From Azolla caroliniana (Eukaryota > Plantae > Polypodiophyta), in contig JBHGNT010000007.1 in the NCBI GenBank assembly GCA_043228905.1, positions 1,240,001 to 1,304,000 on the forward strand: 64,000 bases of DNA. Direction: 5' to 3'. Position numbers and translations under genes: made by a program. Positions 51,501 through 63,202 of this stretch are shown piece by piece. The notes under the pieces were generated by a model, which was given only the letters and a program-made list of their open reading frames with translations, was not told where the DNA came from and did not search any database. Position 1 is the first letter of the stretch; each line of letters opens with the position of its first letter.

Positions 51501-54500
51501 TATCAACTACAGTGAGCATACATTTCTAAAATCACAAGCTGTAGGCATCTGCTATGCATCCAAAATTTTCAACTCTTTGCGGAATGTAGTGAGGTCTCCC
51601 ACCACAACTTATTTCTTCTGACAAATATGTTGAACAAGCGTGAGAGTTTAAGCAAGAGGAATACCTATGGATAGCAAGCTGTTTTCTTCCTGTCGAGGGA
51701 AAAATGATGTTCAGATGCCAAGCAGCAGATTGATGCTTCATCCAAGTGGCTCCAATCTCCAACGTTGCTACTACAATTCCCAAGCTCCCTATTGTGATCT
51801 CCCATGCTCTGATACCACTGTTATATATCGGTGGAGCAGAAAGGTGGTAGACCATAATGCATTAGGATCATTGTTGGGGTTGCCAGATAGAAACACAAGC
51901 TAGGAAGACTTAGGATCTACCACCTTTCTGTCTTCATAGCTCTTGTTTCTGTTTGGCAACCCCAACAATGATCCTAATGCATTATGGTCTACCACCTTTC
52001 TGCTCCACTGATCTATAACAGATAAGACAATGAGCAGACAAGCGAATGAGTGGGTGGGAGGATGGACGAGAGGATCGGATGATCAGTGGACATGGTCAAG
52101 AAGCTTAATTAGGAGGATTTGGATATGAGCAAATGGAGGAGCAGAATCTAAAGAACAGAGCCAGAACAGGTGAGGGCATGCCATAGTTATGGACTCTTAA
52201 TTGGGGTCAAGAGTTGGGGTTAATTGAGAGTTTGCCAAACAGTGGCTAAATCTTTGCTCATGAAAATGTGAACAAAATCCCAATATTATGCTTCCTATAA
52301 ATGCACCTTTTCTGTGCATTAGGGTTCTCATTTGCTTGCAGGCTATTCGTTCTCCAAGAATATGGTGTCTCAACTATGTGTTGTCAAGACTTGGTGGCAA
52401 TATGCAGTGTAGACAGTTGGGAGGTGAGAGCATTGAGGGGTATGGTGGAGTCTAGATGGTAGAGTATATGTTGGACATGTTGACTATAAGTTTCTGCTAG
52501 TTCATGGTTTAAGTGGATAATTGTACATTTCAGTGAGGTTGGTGAGGACGTGCATGCTTGGTGAGGGATATGGAGAGATAATTGTAGTTGACACCTTGAG
52601 CAGTGTGGGATAATGAAGCTTTTGATGGTTTAATTGGCTTCCATTGTACTGCGGATAAAATCAATTATGCTCCCACTGTCTCCTAGTCGGATACATAAAA
52701 GGTTGCTAGAATTTGGGCATGAGCTCATCCCGTTGTAGGTAACTAGGTGATGTCAAGACCTTGCAGCCGCAAGGGAAGCCTTGAGGCATTGGAGTCTACA
52801 GTTCATTGTCTGTTAATAAGAAAACCAGTAATCACTTTCTACCTTCTTCAGACTCCCTGTTTCCTTGCAGTCTTTTCTTCTCTGTTGCTAGCAAGAATCA
52901 AATCCATGACCTCTACTTTTAAAGTGACGCCAACTACCATTGAACCATCAAAGAAAGTCACGTGGTACGTGGAGCTCTCAGCTTAAATATGTCCTGCGTC
53001 AGAGACCCGATGTCTCCACCACAACACAAATTAGAAATACCTCAATGTCAGGACCATACACTACATTCTGTTGTTTCATGTAGTAAATTAGTGCAATTAG
53101 TGAGGCAAAGGGTTACCAAAAATATGGCTTACCACTAGAGTTCAGCCCTGATGTAGAGAGAGAGAGAGAGAGAGATTGATGATGGTATATTGATGTCCCA
53201 GATATTATATTGAAAATATAATATCCCCATTGCCCCAAAAGGGCACGAGAGAGATTGACAACTGGCATTGAACCAGACTGTTGGACCAATGCCTGAAGGC
53301 TCCGTTATAAGCATCTTTTTCTTGGATAGTGAGAGCAAAAAACAAGGAGAGTTTTATTATCATTCTCAGAAGTCAAATAAGACCTGTGGAACCAAAATAG
53401 AACATTTTCACTTAGTGTGCACACAGTTGGTTATTGATTCTCAATGTTCAAGAGTTCTGCTAATGAACATTGCAACTGAGAGGGCATATTGTGACTAAGA
53501 GAGAGAAATGTGTGCTGGGATAGGTTAAGGTTGGGGAAATAAATTTTAATTGCGTTCAATAGTGGAGGATTGCGATAGAGTGTGATGTGTGAACTTGTTG
53601 AGGACAAAAGTTATTGTCTACCAAATTGGCAATGAACTTCATCAACAAAACAAAAAAAACTTACCGAGATTGTCGCCCAAACATTCGTTCTGGATCTTTG
53701 AATTTTTTGGCTTTTGGGCCTTTCCTTTCCACATATGTTTGCAGTGTGCCACCAATGGTGCACATGACTATCACTTTCTTTCTTTTGTCGCCTCCAACAG
53801 CTTCAATGGCTTGATCAAGGAAGAATGGATTACGCTCTGCCCAAAAAAGGACCCAAGAAAATGATTTGTACAGTGTCCATACTTTGTTAACAATTGACAA
53901 GGCTATGATGGTAGTGAAATAAATAGAAATTAACCTGTCCCAGCAAAATCAGTCAGCAATGCATAGCCTAACCTCCTGAAAGAAAACATTGTTTCAGCAG
54001 GGCATTGAAAGCATGGCGTTATTGTTAATGAACTTGGACTCTATTAAAGAAATCATTGGAGAATTTATGTTTAAAATATATATGATACATTGGTTTTAAG
54101 TGAAAAATACCAATCATTACTGATGAGCGACAATTATCATGCATAAAAATCTACAGAAGAAGAAAAAAATACTTTTAAGTGCATACTATCGAAATAGAGA
54201 TTAATGTGCATGTGGTTTTCTAAAAACAATCCAAATATCAGATGTAAGTGCTTTTTTTTCCAAATTTTAATTTGCTGATACACACCTCATATTTGCTTTC
54301 ATGTCATTTCCTTGTATTAGCCTAAAAAGTGGTGCATTTTTTGCATTTTCTACATGTACCTGAACATAACAACTCTGTGTTACTAAAGAATGATTCAAAA
54401 GTTGCAAAATTGTACAGGGAAAAATTAGCAAGAAAACCTTCTCAAAGTCTTCAGATTCTCGTGCATCAAGAAGAATGGCCTTTCCCGATTTAGCAAGATT

Positions 54501-55708
54501 ATAAGCTTCCTTGCATTCGATGCTTTGCAAGTTCCTTTCAGTGAGCTTTCTATGAACCTCTACAATATACACATGAATGTAAGTACTGGAAGAAAAACAG
54601 ATAACCCTGATAAAAAATGGTCAAGCATTCTGGAATGGCTGCAATTCAACACTTAAAAGTAGATTTGATCGTTGGTCTCCATTGGTGAGAGATAGAACGA
54701 GAAAGAAAGATATATGGACGTATGTATCTATGTACTCTATAGCACCCCCAATGTTTCTTTCATCTTCATAGAGAAAGATACATATGTATATATAGCATTA
54801 TTCACTACCAAGCTGCAAAAGAAGAAAAATGCAAACTTAAAGTTGAATACCTAATTGGTAGTTTCATCATGGCAGAGAAAGGTATATAAATACACAGATG
54901 CACAACAATGTTCAATACCAAGATGTAAATCCAAATTCTAAACACCCTACTTGTTAACAATATTCAAAGGAATGAGAAAGCAAATCCAAATTCTAAACGC
55001 CCCAATAGATAATTTCTCTCATGATTGGAGAGACCGCATAAAGAAACCTCGTTGATCACCAATACAATGAGTCACAAACCCCTTAACACCCAAAATCGCC
55101 AACTCCATCGAGGGCTCTATCTAATCATAATATAGGTCAACTAAAGGAAAATTACCAATAAAATGCTATTATATGAAAAAATTAGCAATATAAGGTCTTT
55201 TCACTAAATGTAGATTTAGCACTTAAGTGGGGTCAATCGCATTCAGGTAGTTTTCAAATATAAACAAAAACTCAAACAGCCAAACACCATGAGGAATAAG
55301 CACCCCTACTTCATCTACAGTGGCAACTATAGTTATAATAGATAGCACAAGACAAAACAAAGTTATCCGCATACCAACCCAAGCAGTGTATTTGAAGGAA
55401 TCTTGAAACCATGATCCAACATAGCCATTTCTCGCAGCAACATCCGATTTGAACTTGCTGAGCTTAGCATCCATACTATTCTCTTTAACAAAGGTATCAT
55501 AGAACCAACCTCGTTTAGTAGGATCTTTACTTCCTTGTTCTTTAGCCATCATTGAGATTTCTCCCCTGTTTCTATAGGACACCCTAGAAGAGAAGAGAGG
55601 ATTTTTCCTCCTCAATTTCTTACTGCTCTTCTCAAAATCTGTGTGAAATTTGTTCATTCCTCTGTCTGCCCATCTACTGGCCGAGGTTCCTTCCATAACT
55701 ATATTCAT
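45572..55708 (-). CDS. Rhodanese-like domain protein (STR14-related, probably plastid-targeted). Exons 55708-55375, 54559-54438, 54359-54286, 53975-53935, 53836-53665, 45689-45572
   Basis: Spliced product reads ...AWVEVHRKL...AILLDARESEDFEKVHVENAKNAPLFRLIQG...RRLGYALLTDFAGTERNPFF...VIVMCTIGGTLQ...FGRQSR|SLKAVYELQEAGFKNVVHLKDGVNQWIYLGLPIDGTNV*. All junctions are GT-AG and in frame. Confidence 0.88.
46789..47004 (-). repeat. 3' LTR of C2 (216 bp, non-palindromic)
   Basis: TG...CA, bounded by the TSD and the PPT. Only its outer 22 nt (TGTTATAGATCGGTGGAGCAGA on +) match the 5' terminus. Confidence 0.9.
49139..49522. repeat. 191-bp tandem duplication inside the C2 integrase
   Basis: 49139-49329 repeats 49330-49520 with ~10 differences. 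Frameshifting. Confidence 0.92.
51819..52020. repeat. 202-bp palindrome in the 5' LTR position of Copia C2 (91-bp arms, 20-nt loop)
   Basis: TGTTATATATCGGTGGAGCAGAAAGGTGGTAGACC... / ...GGTCTACCACCTTTCTGCTCCACTGATCTATAACA. Seven mismatches over 91 bp. Lies between the PBS and the TSD. Confidence 0.95.
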
Positions 55709-57233
55709 CTTCCCCTGTTTCCTAATGCTCTGTCTCTACATTAGCTCTACAATTTTTAGTCTTGTTCAAAAGACAGATACACTGTTGGAAGGGAATAATG
55801 TGAGGCACAACATATTAGCCTAATGATTGTGAGCCACACACAAAGATTTTGTAGTTTCACGTGGAATTTCTTGTAACAATTTCTTCATATTCAGCGTTAG
55901 AACCCGAAAAAATCGATTCGCAACGTTACTATTATCTCGACCAAAATTCGTCTCAACATGAAAGGCCAAATAACTCCTCCGCAATGACACACGAGTTAGG
56001 AACACCTATTTCGTTATTTGTAACTCAACAATACATACATGTGATTGTGGAGCCCTGGCAAGCTTTCTCATTTAATGTATCCTTTTGGTGTACAACATAG
56101 ATTACATATTTGGTTGTAGAATAATTATTCTCAACTTACCTTGAATGTATTGTTACATGCCTAAACATTTGGACGGACAAGAGTAATGTCTGTCTAATGT
56201 CATTCAGATTAGGATATGAGATTTGAAGTGTGTGAATGCACCTTTAAGCACTTTGCAAGAGCACTTGTGTGTCAATCTCAAGTCGCGTAATGGAAACGAG
56301 AGCGCTAAAAAATGAAATGGTCAATAGAATTCAAGTTGGACGAGGAGCTTTGCGTTCCACACCATATGATGTATCGTGAACCTCGTGCCTATTGTCCCCC
56401 TCATCACGTGCCTTCGCTTCTTGACAATGTTTTTTCAAAACTTAGCAATGAATCTGTGTTGATGATCGACAAATCAACGGGATTGTGACTACATACTCTC
56501 TAGTTCTCATAATGTGTCATAACCCCTAGTAGTTAAACTTGTTTTGAGACAAGACAGACCTATGTGTACCTTGCCAAGGCAGGTGGAAGAGTAAAGTAGA
56601 TGGTAGCCTGACTTATTACCAAAGCCGGACAAATCACTCTTGTCACTTGGCCATTTACAGAGAAATGATCCATTAGAAGCAAGATAAATCACTTCCTGTC
56701 ACTTGGCCATGTCTGCAAAGCCATTGGCTTCTATCACTAGAATTCCCTATACATACATGGTATGGCAATTTATGAAGTTTGATGTTTTGACATAGAAAGA
56801 GAAGAGAGAGAGGGAGAAAGAGATTCAGAAGCCCTGTAACGCATGTTTCACATACCCTGAAACGATAGGATTTGAGAAATCCTAACTGCTGCTGCTGCTG
56901 CTGAGTGAGCATGTGATACAGGTTATTTATTCTGCATCCATTTTCGGCCAAATGTCGAAATTATCTTTCAGAAAGAAATAAAAGAATTTTTTTTCTTGCA
57001 CTTACTATTGCTCAAAGGGAGATGTGAACACGTCTATACGAATTGAATATACTTCATCTCATTGAATTGAGGTGGAAAGCCATGTCTTATGTATGTGTAG
57101 AGGTAAGATTCTTATATTGTTTTTTCTCTGAAAATATGAAAGTAGTGAGGAATAACAATGATATTGGGAATGGTTCAGATGAATTGAGCATGAAATACAT
57201 GTCCTATTTGTGTGAAGATATGGTTCACATCAT

Positions 57234-58913
57234 GTGCTTGATATATATTATCTTAAAATCATGACAAATACCAACCAATGCTCATGGGATTCCATCATAA
57301 TCAGTTATATTAAGCATGGAAAACCAGAGCATGCTCTCACCCTATACAAAAATATTAAGCAGGATTATTTTGCACACATTGGTGCTCGAACTATTGTTTC
57401 TTTACTCAAGGCTTGTGCACAATTCAAAGACTTGGAGAAAGGCCTTGACATACATGCTCAAATTCTCGGTGTCGGACTACTTGAAAGAAACCATTTCATT
57501 GGCAATAGTTTGGTCAACATGTATGCCAAATGTGGTTCTATTGCCAAAGCAAAGCAAGTATTTGACAAGATCCCCAATCGGAATGTAGTCTCATGGACAT
57601 CATTGATTTCGGGATATACTGAATATGGACATAATGTAGAGGCGCTCGACTGCTTAGAACGGATGCGTTTGGAAGGAGTGTTTCCTAATTCAGTAACATT
57701 TGTCTGTAGCTTGAAAGCTTGCTCTAATTTGGGTGCCATCACAAAAGGTCAAATGTTACAAATGGAGATTGAAAGACAAGGGTTGTTGGATAGTAACCTC
57801 TTTGTGGGTAGTGCATTGGTTGATATGTATGCCAAAAGTGGTGATCTTGAGAGAGCCCAACATGTATTCAATATATTTCCAGTTCGGAATGAAGTCTTAT
57901 GGAATACATTAATAACAGGGTATGCTGACCATGGTTATAATGAGAAAGCACTTAGATGTTTTGAACAAATGCAACTAGAGGGAATTTTCCAAACGGACGT
58001 CACGCTCATTTGCATTTTGAAAGCTTATGGTAGCATCGAGGCAATGGATAAGGTCGTTGCCATACATTCTCAGATTGAAAGTCAAGGTTTGTTGGGAAAC
58101 AATATTGTTGTTGGGAGTACATTGGTTGACATGTATGCAAAATGTGGTTCTTTTGCTCGAGCTCAGCAAGTGTTCGATAAACTTATAGATCGCAATGTTG
58201 TTTTGTGGACAGTGTTAATTACAAGATGTGCTGAATATGGCCATTCTAAGGCAGCCCTCAATTGTTTTGAACAAATGCAACTAGAGGGTATTCCTCCAAA
58301 TGCAGTTACCTTGATATGCATTTTGAAGGCATGTGGTAACATAGGAGCAAAAGAAAAAGGAGAAGAAATACACGCGGAGATTGAAAGACAAGGACTTATA
58401 GGAAGAGAATATGTCGCTGTTGGGAATTCATTGGTTGATATGTATGCAAAATGTGGGTCAATAGCCTCAGCGAAAGAAGTGTTTGATAATCTTCCAATTA
58501 GAACCATAGTCTCGTGGACTGCACTCATGGCAGGATATGCTCAATTGGGCGATACTAGCAATGTTTTTGTGATGTTAGAGGGAATGGTGGGTGAATGTAT
58601 TAAACCAAACCTTGTAACTTTTGTTGTTGTTCTGAGAGCATGTAGTCGTATGGGTCTATTCAACAAGAGCCAAACGTATTTTCAAGTAATGAGCAAAGAC
58701 TACGGCATCATTCCAACACTTAGGCATCATACATGGATGGTGGATCTATGTGGCCGCGCAGGGAAATTTGACAATGCAATAGCGATGATTAATAAGATTC
58801 CATTTGGTCCTGACCAGATAGTGTGGAAAAATCTGTTAGGTGCATGTAGGAGCTGGGGAAATGCAAAACTTGGAAAACAAGTATTTCAACATTCGGTGCA
58901 TAGCTCAGGTTAA
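57234..58913 (+). CDS. PLS-class pentatricopeptide repeat protein, no DYW domain, E region truncated (first ATG at 57260)
   Basis: Repeated triplets GNSLVNMYAKCGSIAKAKQVFDKIP.RNVVSWTSLISGY....VTFVCSLKAC. Terminal HHTWMVDLCGRAG...WKNLLGACRSWGN. Confidence 0.88.
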   Translation: MLDIYYLKIMTNTNQCSWDSIIISYIKHGKPEHALTLYKNIKQDYFAHIGARTIVSLLKACAQFKDLEKGLDIHAQILGVGLLERNHFIGNSLVNMYAKCGSIAKAKQVFDKIPNRNVVSWTSLISGYTEYGHNVEALDCLERMRLEGVFPNSVTFVCSLKACSNLGAITKGQMLQMEIERQGLLDSNLFVGSALVDMYAKSGDLERAQHVFNIFPVRNEVLWNTLITGYADHGYNEKALRCFEQMQLEGIFQTDVTLICILKAYGSIEAMDKVVAIHSQIESQGLLGNNIVVGSTLVDMYAKCGSFARAQQVFDKLIDRNVVLWTVLITRCAEYGHSKAALNCFEQMQLEGIPPNAVTLICILKACGNIGAKEKGEEIHAEIERQGLIGREYVAVGNSLVDMYAKCGSIASAKEVFDNLPIRTIVSWTALMAGYAQLGDTSNVFVMLEGMVGECIKPNLVTFVVVLRACSRMGLFNKSQTYFQVMSKDYGIIPTLRHHTWMVDLCGRAGKFDNAIAMINKIPFGPDQIVWKNLLGACRSWGNAKLGKQVFQHSVHSSG

Positions 58914-58959
58914 AACAATACTGTAGCATATTATTAAGATTTAAAATCTTTGCGTGTCA

Positions 58960-59400
58960 TACCAAAGAAATCAAAGAGATGTAAGATCGTTGATTAAGCA
59001 ATAAAGTGACTCGATGTGGAACCCCTAGAAGTGGATGCTGCTGATAAATTGCAAAAGTTTCAAAAAACTTTGCATTTACTTCTCATTTTCAGATATTGAT
59101 GGTGTTGTTTTCCACACCATACCGAAATGTTTTGGCACACTTAACATTGCCAATCTGTATCATATCATTGAGGTTCCATTCTTTGCTTGTCATCGCAAAA
59201 AAATCAAAGAGATGTAAAATATTTGATAAAGCAATAAATTGGGTCAGTGTGGAACCCTCTGAAGTGGATGCCGCTGATAAATTGCAAAGCTTACCATTTT
59301 TTTTGCATCTACTTCTAGCTTTTAAATATCGATGATTATCTTGGCTTCCACACTATCCTGGGACGTGCTTGCATGCTTAGCATTTCTGATGATGCTACAG
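58960..59400. repeat. Diverged ~235-bp tandem duplication downstream of the PPR gene
   Basis: AAATCAAAGAGATGTAA...GTGGAACCC...GAAGTGGATGCyGCTGATAAATTGCAAA at ~58968 and ~59201. Confidence 0.8.
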
Positions 59401-60839
59401 AAAATGAACTGAGAAGGTGATACATAATGCATGACATATTCCTTACATTTTTAGTATGCTTTCTAGCTAACACATTTCTCATCTTAGAATGAAGTACACT
59501 AGAACGCCGTATGGTGCATGGGCAAGAGCTTTATTATAAGATATGATTCAAATGTATTCAGAGACTATCCATTGTTTAAGGCACTGGTTTCAAAGTCCTC
59601 AAATTGGTCTTTTACAGAACATTGAAACATGTGTGCTGGTGGAAGAAATTCATTAGTAGGTGCTCTAGTATTTCTCAGTGTCCATGCTATAAGAATTTTG
59701 TACATTTATCCACATTATGAAAATAATATTTCAACTCTACAAGCTTGAAACACCCATTCTGTAATGGAGTGCGTATTTCTAGTTCCCAACCTTTCCATTC
59801 CCCATCAGATGATTAAGTATATTGAAAGGTCATGGAATTCAAGTATATGGAAAGGCCATGCAATTTAAATGTAGTCATTGAATAAACTTTAGAAACTAAA
59901 TAAAACTCTATATTATTTGGTCAAGAAAGATGGACATGTACAACTCAAAATCATGAGAAGATGAGAACCATTTCTTCTTTTCTTTCAACGGTTAAAGTCT
60001 AAATTTTGGCTAAGCTCTCTCCAGGAATTCGTCTTCGTTAGCTACCGGAAACCTTTTGCATAGCCAAATTCCCAATAAGTTTCTCTCTTTCTTTGCCCCA
60101 ATTTGATCCGTGCCCAAATCATTCTTTCTTTACTAGAAAGCTTATGCATATTTGATTGTAGATTTTGATATTGTCATTGTTTCTCTCATTTGATATTGTG
60201 ATTGTAGATTTTGTAAAACCCGATACTCTTCAAAAATTTGATTCCCTTGGAAAACCCTTTTCATCTATTTACACTCATTTTCATATCATAATCTTGCTAA
60301 AACTACCCTTTTCATATGCTGAAATTCTCATCTATATCTATTTTTAGCTCACTAAAGAAGCTCTAAATCTTTTTCCATCTACCCAAAACTTTTTTATATA
60401 TTCGAAAGTGACATTCAAAATTGGAGCCTACACTTTAATGAGTGAGTGCATATTTCTAGTCTTGACTCCTCCATATACATCACATAGTATGTTCAAAAGT
60501 AATTATTAGATGGAATTGACATCCATTGAATAATTTAGCCAAAACCAAAAAGGCAACATTAAGATTCGTTCAAGGTAGATGGACATAGAAAGAGGTAGTT
60601 GCTTGGTTGAATTGTGCCATATCATACATGAAAGTTTAGCACACTATTACAACTAGTATCATGTTCAAGTCACGATAACTATCCCCTAGGATTGGGGGAC
60701 TTCCTTATAATGAATTATCTATCGAATTGTAGAAAGAGACACATACATTTACTTTAAATAAGAAATATTGGGAAATTCTTGAACTTCTTCCTAAGCAATG
60801 GTCCCATTGGAGATTTTGCTGACAACTAGTATAACAACT

Positions 60840-61000
60840 TGACTATTGTGTCAACAATGCAAAGAATCGGCATTAAACATGGCCCAACTATTGGTGTCAA
60901 CAATCCATAGAATAGGTATCACACATGGTCAAAAAGTAAAACAACTCGATGACTATTGTGTCAATAATGCATAGAATAGGCATCAAAGATGGCCCAAAAG
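60840..61000. repeat. Three-copy ~45-65 bp tandem repeat
   Basis: ACTATTGTGTCAACAATGCATAGAATAGGCATCAAACATGGCCCAA-like unit at ~60842, ~60887 and ~60952. Confidence 0.75.
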
Positions 61001-63113
61001 TCAAGAAGGGTCAATTTAACATCTAAAATTGATTTAGGTGCCGAGAAATTCTAAACAATTATGAATTATGAAACGTATGGTATTAGTATTAGCTATCGTT
61101 GATTGATATATGTATTCTTAAATGTTCGATGCTTGCAACGCGTCATTCCAAAATAAGTACCATTTATTATAAACACCAAACACTAGCCACTTAAAAATGT
61201 CATGAACAGTGATCATCACAATAATGGAAACAATTTGGTAGGTAGTTGGTTTAGGAGTCATAGAAATCCAAGGTTTACTAACTATTAACTATGAAATGCA
61301 TGGTGAAAAGTTTATTCATGCCCCATAAATTACAAACTACCTTCCCTAACTATAAACAACACTTCGCCGTTTAATGTAAATGTAACAAACTACATGCTCA
61401 AAATGACTTCACCTTGATTGGGTTCCAGCTCAAGATCTTTTGTTCAAAAGAGCAAAATCATCATGGAATTGCTAAAGGCTTCTAGAATATTATGAGCTTT
61501 ATAAAAAGTCACTAAGTCATGGGGCAAGTTGTGCTCCCAATACATAAACCAACATTGATGATCAAACACATCGAAATATGTTATACAATATTACCCGAGG
61601 CACATCATTTGCCTTTTTGCTCTTAGTATTCTTCCCTAAGGATGACAAGGCAACTTTGAGCCGTACACATATAATCAAAGTTCTTGTCCATGGTCTCCTA
61701 TGCACACGTCATATGATACCAAGATTACAAGGCAAGGGTAGGAGTGAGCAATAAAAATAATGCACAAATGGCACAAAAATTTAACATAGCAACTTAGCAA
61801 CCAATAATAACTCTTTTCTATATTCTACCAAACTATTCTCTTTACAATAAGGTCTTGTGTTTGTTTATATACGTATATATTATTCTTAAACAACATACAA
61901 ACTATTGAGGCATTACATATGTTTTTGAATGCATAATACAACTATAACCTTTTGTCAGTTTCAAACTCGTAGAGGGCCAACACTATGGGATGTATATGGG
62001 ACAATGTACCACACTCATACATTAGAGGGTCAAAATAACAAAAGGAGAGCACAAGAATCCTCGATGTTAGGTGTTACAAGGGATTAGATTACTGATAACC
62101 AAGACCATCTCATCTTCTACATCTTCAACAACGTGAGTGGAAACTTGACATCCTTGGTAGGAAGTGTTGGGGATGGCTCAAGCGTTTGGAGAGCAAAGGG
62201 TTCTGAAGTGAGATAAGAGCTACTAGAGGAACTTCCATGTGGCCGATACATTGATGTTGTCACATGGACAATACCAATGAGCATAAATTGTGGTGCTAAC
62301 CATTAGGTGATGGAACTCACTTGTGTTACTCAAGGAGAAGGCTACACTTTGTCGGGTCATGGGTTTCAATTGTGTTTATTGATCCACACAATTGATGTCT
62401 AGTCCTCAAGATCTTTGTACTTTGCACAAAAAAGCTTATAGATCCAATATGGTATTATAACTAAGGATTAGCTCAACTTATCCCACTCAAGGGTGTTCCT
62501 ACTCTTAATGTTTATTTAGGAGGGTGGTATATTGACACTTTAAGAAATTTTCTACGTTGAATGCATCCATTCTCGCCTCTTATCGACGTCCTCTTTCTTT
62601 TGCGCATGTGGGATAGCCACTCATGCACCTGCCTCTCTAGATATTGACACCATAGGATTGAGAATAACTCAATCCTTACCCTTCATTAATCCTTGTGAAC
62701 CAGCCAACACCCATTAACATTAAGTAACCTTAAGATTAGAGAACTACTGTTCATTATACCATGTGGTCACACTCGTAACACTAGCAAAGACAACATCCTC
62801 GAACACTTGCAAGAAGATGTCCCTATCTTTTCATCGAGGCAATGACCTTGTATCCATGCGTAAGTACGTGAGTGAGCCCACATTTCTAGTCCGCCACCTG
62901 TCCCTCTAGTTTGCAAAATTCAATCCCACACTTTGTTCAAAGGTCAATTCAAAAGTTGTTATTTGAAGAAATTGACATCCATTGAATAATTCAGCCAAAA
63001 CCAAAATGGTCACCATACCATTTGTTTCAAAATGGATAAGACATTGAAAAATGTAGGAATCTTTATCCAAGAAACCTTACAAAAGTCTAAAGCTTAATGA
63101 GGTTCTAAGAGTC

Positions 63114-63120
63114 TATAAAT
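63114..63120 (+). promoter_or_regulatory. Candidate TATA box of the kiwellin gene
   Basis: CTATAAAT about 90 nt upstream of the ATG. Confidence 0.5.
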
Positions 63121-63202
63121 TGTGTTACACCAATATCCTCAATAGCAAGCAAGGTATTCCATCACAAGCAAATCCGTGTGTCCTCAGTGAATCTAGGGTT
63201 TA

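Larger units (their letters stand above)
46789..52020 (-). mobile_element. Complete (decayed) Ty1/copia element C2, Tnt1-like, 5232 bp, with asymmetric termini
   Basis: TSD GATAA at 46784-46788 and 52021-52025. PPT AAGTGGGAGAT at 47005-47015 and PBS at 51806-51817. Gag (IRKFDGSNFALWKNQM), knuckle CHYCHKKGHMEKDC, PR WLLDSRASFH, INT LVHTDVCGP/SDNGGEY, RT QMDVKTAFLHG/LYVDHM, RH STTEAEYVAA. Confidence 0.96.

Noticed and set aside
52800-53400. Exon-like segments in the rhodanese last intron
   Set aside because: They contain stops and no rhodanese C-terminal motif; the true terminal exon fits at 45689-45572.
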